Of a DNA stretch of 64,000 nucleotides, positions 51,830 to 61,937 are shown piece by piece. This DNA is from Glycera tridactyla (Eukaryota), in assembly GCA_965644265.1 (NCBI GenBank), contig OZ286465.1:100254001-100318000 (forward strand). Direction: 5' to 3'. Position 1 is the first letter of the stretch, and each line of letters begins with the position of its first letter. The position numbers were made by a program, and so were the translations under genes. Under the pieces are notes generated by a model. It was not told the origin of the DNA, searched no databases, and saw only the letters and a program-made list of their open reading frames with translations.

Positions 51830-53860
51830 CAAAAGTCGAAATTTGAGCGAATCTAATTGAAAACAAGAAATTTCAAGATGGCCGCCAAATATAAAATGGC
51901 CGCTGCAGACCAACTCCAAGGGGATACAAAGCTGGTATTCTCACACACACTATTTGAATCACCAGGCTTTCATTTGAAACGATTTCGAATCGATATGACC
52001 TAAACTCAGAGATTTCAAGATGGCGTCCAAAATGGCCGACCAAAATACCAAAATCGTTCTCCTGAGCTTAATATTGAAGCTAGGAAGTTGAGAAACTCAC
52101 CACTGCTAGATATGAATATTTGTGACTATTTGAGCACATGAAATCAGAGATATCTCGAAAATTGACGAATTTGACTTTTTCCGGAAAATATATTGAATAC
52201 AGGTGAACAGAGTCAATAGCTAGCGAAATCCGTCGCACCTCGAGTTTTCAAGGCAGAGACTTCATATTTCACATCATCACACATGACAGTTGGGCCAACA
52301 AACTTGATCGCATGAATTATAGATACAGTGAATTTATCTATAAACGGCGAATAGTTCAAAAAGGTTACATTTTGGTTGGAAATTGGTTGGGGGGCGAAAT
52401 ATTTCACAAACATGAAATCTGAAGCGCCAAATCAACTGGGGATTTCATAAATACTGCAACATTTATTTTAAACATGGCTGATTGGTGAAATATGAAATTG
52501 GTTCAACAAATTTTGGTTATCCGTGATTGGTTCAGGTTGGTTGGTCTCAAACCTGGACAGATGTATCAGACAAAGCCAGAATTGCCAGAATTCGGTCTAA
52601 ACACATTAGAAATCAACCGTAAATGTGAAAAATCATGGAAAATCACGAATGGTCACAAATTCGAGGTTGGTCTTTCCACAAGGGTCTAAGTTCGAAAAGT
52701 AGGTCACGTGCTTAGGGAACATTTTAGGGCACAGTATATAAACAACCGTGTATGGAATGTTCTATAAACGTGTTCTACGCGGGTTCTAGAGTGATTCTAG
52801 GTGATCTTGATCCCACGGACCAAACACAAACAAGCCTATGTTTACTTTCTAGTCCTGAGAATTCTCGGAACAACATTTCATAGAGATGCGATATATCTAC
52901 ATAGATAATGGTCTCTAACCACTCAAAACGGGTCATATCCCTCTCAAATAGATATTGTATCACAGACGTGTAGGCAAGAAGCTTTCATGACAGCGTGAAA
53001 CTGCAGGAAATGTGATTTTCGGAATTCTTTCGTCTAAATACTTAAAATTGTCTCCACGATGACGGGATTTCACAAAAACAACGTTTGGCTATCAAAAGTC
53101 ACGAAATACTGTGCAATAACAACGTTTTGTGTGAGAAACGTCCAAAAAACAGTGTTTTTGGTAAGATTTGGCTGAGAAACAGTGAAGCGCCTTTTAAAGA
53201 CAAAAACGGTCCGTGAATCTAAACCAGGTCGTGGGAACAATTAACCCAACAAGGCCACACACCGCGCGTCTTTCGATCAGATCCGGCGTCTCGCAGTCAT
53301 GTCAATTTCTGTCTGGAAACCTAGACAACCGTCTGACTTTGAAAGAATACTCTATATTGAGATCAAGTCGTTCACTTTAAAAGAAGCATTCAGGCATGCA
53401 GGACGCTTTTGGAGCGTTCTACATTCAACATTCATGGACTTAACAGCCCCATTCTTCTCAATGCAAATCACGGATATTAGAAATACCGGATAGCACGTTT
53501 TATGAGACAGAATGGATATCTTACTCACTCTTTTTACCGAAATTATGAGTTATAGACCACGTATATCGCGAAAATAGACTATTTCGGACATAATTCGCTT
53601 ATCTCTCAATAACAGACATTTCAAACACAATTGTCGGATGAATTACGGCCTGTGAATGTGGCAATGGAGTCCACGTTCACCGTGCCTTCATCCTTTCACC
53701 AGAAAACATCACAAACCGCGGTCACATGGATGGCTTTCACTCTCACAACCCCCACACACGAATAGTCACGAAATATTAACCGCGAGGACATTTTGGCACA
53801 CAAAACGTATCACGAGGCACAGTAACAATACAAGAACAGTTCCACGGCACATTTCATGAG
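51830..53860. mobile_element. Probable non-autonomous DNA-transposon-derived block, unclassified
   Basis: Repeated CAAGATGGCCGCC / AAAATGGCCG motifs, raised CpG, no ORF; termini not resolved. Confidence 0.35.
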
Positions 53861-55949
53861 TCACACTGTCATTGAAGAGATTCCAGAGAAAGACATGTGT
53901 TTCACAATGGTGAATGCATGGTGGCACATGGGTGGTGGGGTGTTCGTGTACCTATGCTCCTACATTATGCTGCTAACAATTTGTGATGCACCTCACAATT
54001 ACTGACCTGTCAAAGATGTTTAACTCATGTGGTGGATCATGATGGTGGCTTCCCGTGGAGCACTTTAGGAGTAGCGATATCCTAAGGCATCAAGGAGGGT
54101 ATCTGCAAACTTTCTTGCAAGACTTCTGATCCAGTGACAGCGACCTCCGGGGCGAATGTGTCGAAAGTAATCTTCACATTGCAAGTAGCCCAGATATAGG
54201 TGCTGACACCGATCTCTCCTAAGATACCAATGATATCACCAACCACCAATCATGTGTCCGGATTTTATTTACGGTAAACAATTACGTTAGATACGGGCGA
54301 AGGTGTCTTGTGCTCTTTTTAGCAGAGTCTATTTTATCGAGACGGTGACGCTATTTGCAGGAGGGTAGCGAAATTACAATAGACGCAGTGAAGGACTCCC
54401 CTATCGATTTACAAAATGGACTCTTCCACTTTTCTCTCGAGCAGCGGTGGTTCTCCACATGCACGAGATCTCGACGTGCACGAGAACTGCAAGACTCGCT
54501 ACACACCTGTTGCGAGACAAAAGCACCTGTTTGCCTTTGAAGATCTGTTAGATCTTCCTTTGATCTTTAGCCTGCTATAACATTGAAAGTTTTAGGCGCA
54601 GTCCAGTCATACTTTCCGACAGAACGTAGTTTATGTTCACTACATATTCTTTGGGTTCTTTAAAAAAGCGCACCCTAGGCTGAATACACTGCCAACCTAG
54701 TAGCCCTCCAGGGGACGCTACTAGGTCCTCTCTGCTTCCCAGTTGCTACTTTTAATAGCCCCTGATCACAGAGAGCACAGCTCGCACGAAGCTTACTGTG
54801 GCCTGACTGTACATTGAGCCATCTTGAGCATCAGAGTCTTCAAGATGACCGGCTGGTGACCCAGTCGATAGCGATCAGGACATCTCAGTCACCCAAGAGC
54901 CTAACCGACGGTCTGATCCATTGTGGGTTCATACCACCCTATAGATACTGAGCAATGAACTTTGACCGTTTTCACCAGCCTTGCCTGTTCACATACATCT
55001 TACCAACAATTGGACTCATTGAGTTCAAACAATGTATGCTAGGTGTGGACTGTCATCCACGTACCACATGCGACCACTTATCAACATAGCAGGCAGCTCT
55101 ATAAAGCTATATAACGATAAGCTACGAGAAACGTTTTAGTACTACAGTATAGTGCAGTACCAAACACGTAAAAACTCGTTAGCAATATCAGAGCTAATAC
55201 CAGAGAGAGGTGCTAACTAGCAGAACCAAAAACTGATAGCCCTGTGTGAAAGGTGTCTTACCCCACACAGCAGCCTGGAATATTTACCCACTGTCAGTCA
55301 CAAACTACTCTCTGGCAGAGCAACCCACTTTATTGACAGCCCGATCAACATGCCGACTAGACGGTACCACAGTACTGTGTCAATTCACAGTTCGTTAGAC
55401 ACGTGGGCCATTCAGTATCTCCCATGCACTATAGCAGTATAACAGGAGTTTTACGTGCCCCCGGACCCTCGCGGGTCCACTGCCGCCTGTTTATGGAAAC
55501 CTTATAAGGAGCCTATCCCTCTTGAGTTTCCATATAATACTGCAATTCTCTCCGAAAATCTGGAATCCTAAAATACACATTATTTAAATCACCCAAATCG
55601 GAGTTAATTACACAGGCAGAGAATTTAGCTCCCTCTTTTCTGACAAGATCGAATCAGAGCTGCAGTCAGAGCAGGAGTTGTATCTACCTCTCTGTTCAGT
55701 CATATGATCGAGATTATCACTGGAAAGAACATGACGGGCTATATTGAGCCGTCATTGGGAAATTTACTGCCGAAACAACGATTTGTTAGATTTAATTTCC
55801 TCTTCCCATGTAATCCTAGAACTAGGCCTATAGCCATAAAAGGACAGTATTAGACACTCGATTGTGGGACGAGAAGTCACTGTTCCAGGGCTAGACCATA
55901 ATAATTCCATATTACATATCAGATAACATCACGACTTTTTCGTGGTGTT

Positions 55950-58403
55950 ACAGTCATAACGTGGAGAAATGGTCAAATGGAAAGCTTCTGTGATGAGCGA
56001 GACCAACTTAAAAGGACATTTGACAGTAACAAGGGTGAAGCTAACTGGGAGAGGTACAGAAGAGCCAGGAACACAACAACAACTTTGAAACGAAATTTGA
56101 AACGGACTTACTTCACTACTGCCCTGTTACGATACAAGCACGACTATAGAAAATTGTGGGCGACCCTCAGACGACTGTTACCAAATTCACGACTATTGAC
56201 GGAAATGAACAAACTGGGGGATGAGACTGAACCCGAGAAAATTGCTACAGCAGTAAATAACTATTTTTCTGACATCGGGGAAAACTTGGCCTGCAAATTT
56301 CGGAGTGGTATTCAATCAGATATGCCATCAAAAATTCCGGAGGGAGTACTGGGTTTCGATATACAGGAAGTGAATAGCCTTTTTGTAGAAAAGGAACTTA
56401 TGAGTATCGCTGACTCGAAGGCCACTGGTATAGATGGAATTCCTGCACGATTGCTAAAGGGTGCTGCTGAGGTTGTACTTGGCCCTCTGACTCATATTAT
56501 CAACCTGACGATCAGAAATAACCAGATACCAGGGGAGTTCAAGAAGGCAATTGTGTGTCCTATCTACAAAGGGGGGAGCCGCACCGAAATAGGCAACTAT
56601 AGGCCTGTGAGTCTTTTGCCTGTGCTTAGCAAGGTCATGGAAAGAGCTGTCCATAGTCAGCTTTATGATTTTCTTAGGTCTCATGATTTGCTGAGTGGAA
56701 TGCAATCTGGGTTCAGGAAGGGCCACTCCACTAGCACGTGCCTGTTAACTATCTTAGAGGATATTTGGACAGGCATGGATCAGGGACGTGCTACTGGGGC
56801 GGTCTTCCTGGACCTAAAAAAAGCATTCGACACAGTGAATCATGAGACCATACTCTATAAATTATCCAAGTATGGCCTAAAGCCTGATGCCATTGGTTGG
56901 TTTAGGAATTATTTGTCAGGCCGCACTCAAGTGACACGCGTAAGGGGTGAATTTTCTGGGGAACGCAATATTACCTGTGGAGTGCCCCAGGGATCTATCT
57001 TGGGGCCGCTCATGTTCGTTATCTATAATAATGATCTGCCAGACTACATTAAAAGCTGCCAGATAAGAATGTATGCGGACGATACCATCCTGTATACAAC
57101 GTCCAGTGATCCAGACACATTAGAATTGACTCTGCAGTTGGCTATTATTGAAGCTGAGTCGTGGCTACATAACAATAAACTGACTTTAAATGCGTCCAAA
57201 ACTAAATGGATGGTTTTTGGTACTACCCCCAACCTGGTCAAATACCATCATATAACTATGGTCATGGACGGCACAATTATAGAAAGGGTGGAGGAGTTCA
57301 AGTATCTGGGAGTCTACTTGGAGCCGCGACTCAGCTTCAACAAACATGTCGCTTATACTGCCGCGAATTGTACGCAGAAACTATCTATCATTGGGAAAGC
57401 CCGTAATTCAATTGACAAATCCACTGCATTTATGTTGTTCAATGCATTGATATTACCAATATTGGATTATGGGGACTTGGCTTATGGGTGTACGGGGGTG
57501 AATAATCAACTCAGACTTCAGCGGATACAAAATGCGGGCTGTCGCATTGTCCTACAAGCTGAACCTATGACACCCACCCGGGATATGCATCAGCAATTGC
57601 GACTACCCATGCTGTATGAGCGCCGTGATGACCACATGTCAGTCTGTGTATTTAGCTGCATACATGACATCTACCCACCACCACTTAATGGGCTCTTTGA
57701 GAGGAGGGAAGTCAGGGAAGGTCCATTTACAAGAAGTCAGACACAAGGCCTCTTGACGATACCTAGGTCAAATACCATGATGGGAGACAATAGGTTAAGT
57801 GTGAGGGGTGCTAGGGTTTATAATGGGGTACCGTCAATCGTTAAGGATACCAGAAGCCTACCAGCATTCAAAAAGAGAATTAAGGATAGCAGGCAGTCCT
57901 TTTTCATGTTTGCGAACAATTTGGCATGATCAACAGATAGTAGTAGCATTCAGTAACAATATACATGCTGAGTAGTCCTAATATTCTTAATATTCTTTAT
58001 ATCAATATCTCTAGCTCAGGTAATATAAAGGCAAATATCGGCAGTCATTCGACCGTCATCGATAGTGCATTATGTTGTGTTTATTATTGTATGCTGTAAT
58101 GTGATATAGGCGTTCGGTGAATGCAGCCCACTGTCAGCTGGCTAGTACATCATATGTTGATATGGTGTGTGGCGACCCAGGTATTACCCATGCAGTGAGG
58201 GGGGAGAAGTTTTCATAAAGAGCAGTATCAGTAATTGGGAACAGATGAGATTGTAATATGTCATGATTGAATATGTTTCATTTTGCAATTTATAAGTAGT
58301 TAAGTATAAGTGAGTACTCTGTATTTTGGGGTGTATTTTATGTTTTCTGTATACCTGGATGGTGTGGAAATGAGTTGTCTCAGCTCATATCCATTAATAA
58401 AGA
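55950..58403 (+). mobile_element. LINE of the CR1/L2 group with intact 3' UTR and terminal hairpin; 5' boundary uncertain
   Basis: The RT ORF is followed by about 470 nt of T-rich UTR ending GGAAATGAGTTG-TCT-CAGCTCAT (stem-loop) then AATAAA, which resembles L2-group 3' termini. Confidence 0.85.
55977..57929 (+). CDS. Non-LTR retrotransposon reverse transcriptase, CR1/L2 group (L2B/Crack/Daphne-like), 650 aa, uninterrupted
   Basis: RT motifs NYRPVSLLPVLSKVMER, QSGFRKGHST, VFLDLKKAFDTV, GVPQGSILGP, YADD and FKYLGV; CR1/L2-type C-terminus LILPILDYG...LQRIQN...FKKRIK. The ORF starts at the usual post-APE linker; in-frame stop at 55902-55904 and no APE motifs seen upstream. Confidence 0.95.
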   Translation: MESFCDERDQLKRTFDSNKGEANWERYRRARNTTTTLKRNLKRTYFTTALLRYKHDYRKLWATLRRLLPNSRLLTEMNKLGDETEPEKIATAVNNYFSDIGENLACKFRSGIQSDMPSKIPEGVLGFDIQEVNSLFVEKELMSIADSKATGIDGIPARLLKGAAEVVLGPLTHIINLTIRNNQIPGEFKKAIVCPIYKGGSRTEIGNYRPVSLLPVLSKVMERAVHSQLYDFLRSHDLLSGMQSGFRKGHSTSTCLLTILEDIWTGMDQGRATGAVFLDLKKAFDTVNHETILYKLSKYGLKPDAIGWFRNYLSGRTQVTRVRGEFSGERNITCGVPQGSILGPLMFVIYNNDLPDYIKSCQIRMYADDTILYTTSSDPDTLELTLQLAIIEAESWLHNNKLTLNASKTKWMVFGTTPNLVKYHHITMVMDGTIIERVEEFKYLGVYLEPRLSFNKHVAYTAANCTQKLSIIGKARNSIDKSTAFMLFNALILPILDYGDLAYGCTGVNNQLRLQRIQNAGCRIVLQAEPMTPTRDMHQQLRLPMLYERRDDHMSVCVFSCIHDIYPPPLNGLFERREVREGPFTRSQTQGLLTIPRSNTMMGDNRLSVRGARVYNGVPSIVKDTRSLPAFKKRIKDSRQSFFMFANNLA

Positions 58404-59040
58404 TTATGAAGCCTTATGAAGCCACAAACTTCTTTCATGGTCATGCCCTGAGCTGCACAGCACACTTGTCTTGGAGAGGAATCTCTAAGATGACATCTGT
58501 CCATTGGACATTGTCTTTCGGCTGATGGAGACAAGAGCAGGTGGTTGCTAGGTGACTGCCTCAGAATGTAGTGATGCAACCTGATGCAGTCACATCATCT
58601 ATAAATTGCCATCTTTCATGCAATAGTTTGAGGTACATATCAGCAAAGTGAAGGTCAACTCAGACCACAGGATTCACTTCAAAATGGTTTGCTCTAGTCT
58701 AGATGAATAGAGGGGTTTTGTTTGATTTTGTTTGGTTGGTGTTAAAAAGCATGTATCAACCCCGAGGAATTATGCATGCCATATGTTCCTGATCCATGAA
58801 AGTTGGATACCCTGTCACCTTCAGGCATCACTCTCACAAACCTCATACACAAGATGATGGGGAATCAGAAAGTCAGTCAATTGAAAGTAGCTGAGACATA
58901 TGAATACATTATGATCAGTATGACCTTCAATTCATTCACCCAGACAGATTGTTTCTTCCTATCGGTGACTGACTACAAGGATCAGCCTCATTCTGGAGGG
59001 TAAAAAAGAAAAAACGGAATCAAAGAGGATGACAACTTAC

Positions 59041-59112
59041 TTGGTGGTGGAGTAGGAGCTTTGCCATCTGTGCCAAGGACCATTGTAAATTTGCTCACTC
59101 GGAACAAATACC
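59041..59112 (-). CDS. Candidate exon with start codon (MVLGTDGKAPTPPP, ATG at 59083-59081)
   Basis: CTAATTCTATCAG acceptor, CAA|GTAAGT donor, 72 nt, open frame. Confidence 0.4.
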
Positions 59113-60201
59113 CTGATAGAATTAGCTTCATCGTGATCTAATGATAGGTGGGACTTCACTCCCTTTTCTGAACTGAGATGATCTCTCGCCTAATTGGCAT
59201 AGTCAACACTTCAGTCAAGTATAGTCAGTCCCCTCTATGAAGGCCACCGTTGGTTGCATTAAAAAGGAGATCCTCGTTCAGGACATCAAATTGTCTAGTA
59301 GTCATCAGGCTAACAAGTTCTCTGGTATGGGCCTCTCTTTCTTTGATTTTGTGCCCATACTTATTTTCAGAGTGGTGGTGTATTTTTGGTTGGATCCACT
59401 GGCTGTCGTCTAGGAGCTGTGACTGGAGGTGAACAGTAGTCAGTGTGAGCAGGATGTTTGAGGACACATCTCTATCCCTTCAATGATACAAATACTGTAT
59501 TTTCCCTGATTGATGCCTGATCCTCATTTGCAACCTCGCACCATCCCCCCCCCCCCACCAATCGGCCCCCATCACCCCCCCCCCCCCACCCAATGAGTCA
59601 AGATTCCTTCAATTTTGGATGGACCACAAGGTCACCTTTCTTCTTGGGATTGAAATTTAAAGAGACCAAAATCCAGACCTGGAACTTCACTAATGACATG
59701 CCCGGATATGCCTGCGATTCTTCATGGTTCTGCTGACGTGGTCATTGTGCTGAATGAGCGAAACTGACAAGTCACATCTTCTTCATGGTGACCACTGGCT
59801 AAGAGCAAGAAAAATGCATAAATCACATGAATTATATTTGTTGAGGCCTGCAGCAATGTGCACACTGGGATTGCATCATTTATTGGATTGCGAAACCCGC
59901 TCTTCACCAACTTCTGCACGTATCTCATAAAAAAATCTATATAAAATCATCCACAATGATTCGAACACAAGATACCAAGAACAATCACTGAAACCTCCCT
60001 GGTATACTGTCACTGTTGCAACTGCCATCTACATTGGAATCCCTGATTCTAAAATCGAGACTTTCCCTCCAGAGGGACCCAGCTGATTAGCCAACTCTTC
60101 ACGAGTCGTAATTGCATTTTCAAGAGCCGCCAAACTACACTGATTCAGATCCCCCAATTTGAATCTATATTGTAAGCAATTGTTGTGCTAAAAATACTCA
60201 C

Positions 60202-60700
60202 CAGAACCGCTAATAGGATATTTTATTCACAAAAGATGCCATTATGTGTAGCCCACACAACAGTGAAAAATTCCCATCCAATCATCGGTGTGGTTATATT
60301 CTCATGGCAAGTTTAATTTAGTATTCTTCATACTTTGCTTGCAATGAATTTATGTCAACTGCACTTGGCAGTTCTGCCATCGGTTGCAGTGTAGTAAATG
60401 TATTTTTAATTTATTATTGCCAACTGGTGAATATTGATGAAATCCTTCCTACATGAAGCTGGCTGGAGATATTCATCCTGCAATCTACTGCATCCTCAAA
60501 ATTGATACAGAAATGTGGGATACATAGATGGGAAAAAATACTGATTCATTCATCCATCCATCTATTCATTCATTTATCCATTCATTCATTCATCCATTGA
60601 TCAATTAATTCATTCATTCATTTTCCCCTTCATCCATCTGTGTGTCCAACCATCCATATGGCCATGTAATCATCTATCAATCCATCCATCCATCTCTTAG
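60202..60700 (-). other. Candidate non-coding first exon of the minus-strand gene; 5' end approximate
   Basis: CTG|GTGAGT donor at 60201-60196, about 550 bp from the E-box promoter; all frames closed near the donor. Confidence 0.3.
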
Positions 60701-60751
60701 AAATATCATATCGGCACGGAAGATTGTCACTTGAAATGAGATCGTCAAGCT

Positions 60752-60788
60752 GTCACGTGACTCTTCCCCAACTACGGAGTCACGTGAC
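60752..60788. promoter_or_regulatory. Two perfect GTCACGTGAC palindromes (CLEAR / MiT-TFE / USF E-box)
   Basis: GTCACGTGAC at 60752-60761 and 60779-60788, within a 12-bp inverted repeat, in a CpG-richer patch about 40 bp before an ATG and splice donor. Confidence 0.7.
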
Positions 60789-60829
60789 GACGCACAACAG
60801 CAGTTGTCATAGTTGAGAAAAGACGCCGG

Positions 60830-60868
60830 ATGGATATGTCTGAAAGCTCCTGCTTTCCAAACTACGCT
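60830..60868 (+). CDS. Candidate first coding exon of a plus-strand gene (MDMSESSCFPNYA)
   Basis: ATG at 60830, 13 open codons, GCT|GTGAGT donor. No phase-compatible second exon found in the window, so it could be UTR. Confidence 0.4.
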
Positions 60869-61405
60869 GTGAGTAAAGTCTAGACTTCTTCTACAACTTG
60901 AAATGACTATTTTCAGTATACAAAATGTCCACCAGTCAAAACGAGTTACTAGGTCTTCGTTTGAACTCCAATTTCATTCTTGAGTTGATACAAAAGTGGT
61001 GCTTAAGTCACCATTCAAGATCGATCATGTAGACATAATTCGGAGGGCCTACACCTTATCATGGCTGAGCTACTGTAAATCATTGAAGTGTGAAGGTGTG
61101 ATCGGCTCAACAATCACCAACGTAAGGTGTGAAGTGGTATCTCTATGATGGTGCTACTAGTTCATTCCGATCTATTACCTACAGCTCACAAGTGTCCATG
61201 TAGCATCTGAGCATGTACAAAGCTCAGCTTTTATGTGAGTTTTTGATTAAATTCCATCTTGCAAATTTGAAAGCATACGGTCAAGTTTACCTACATTTCA
61301 TTTTATATACATGTATGTGGATGTTAGATTCACAGTCAAACTGTTCATAAGTAGGACATCTACAATACTTTCTGTGCAAGTATTTTTCACCTATCATATG
61401 CAACA

Positions 61406-61598
61406 CAGGGCTCTATTTTGGCCAAAACAGAGCTAGCTTCCTTTGTACCAGTGCAAAATTTTGGTAGCCAATCAGTACATTGTCCATTACAACCTCTCAA
61501 AACTTTAGGGGTGGCTGGCTCCTAACTTTCAAAATATGGTAGTCAGAGGGTGAATTTGGTAGCCATTGGCTACCCACAGGTGGCAATGTAGGGCCCTG
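61406..61598. mobile_element. MITE with CAGGGCYCTA TIRs; related sequence near 38850-39040
   Basis: 9/10 TIR match, CAACA on both sides, repeated GGTAGCCA motifs. Confidence 0.7.
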
Positions 61599-61783
61599 CA
61601 ACAGTTAAGTAACAGACCACTCTTGGGCATTTTCAGATGGATACGACCTGAGGAGGTTGAAACAATGTTAAACTCAAACAAACAAAACTGATTAAAAAGA
61701 TAGAGATCTATGAAGACTGCAGTCTCTACTCTAATGACCTGAGAAACATCCCAGTTTTACTCACAAGGCAGTATGACATAAAT

Positions 61784-61937
61784 TAGTGAAAGCTATTGTT
61801 ACCTCTGACAGGAGACCACTTTCCACAACAGCTTCCCTATTTGACATAGTCAAATATACCTCCAACGAGAGACCACCTCATTTTAAAGACCACTTTTTGG
61901 TAATATTTAGGGCAGTTTCTCATTGCGGGTTTCACTG
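61784..61937. mobile_element. MITE family A; further decayed copies near 6140-6266, 28070-28450, 39855-39960 and 63340-63935
   Basis: Central TATTTGACATAGTCAAATA, GAGACCAC motifs, GGTTTCACTG-TA end. Confidence 0.8.

Noticed and set aside
56454-57406. Short ORFs overlapping the RT gene
   Set aside because: Shadow frames of the RT CDS.
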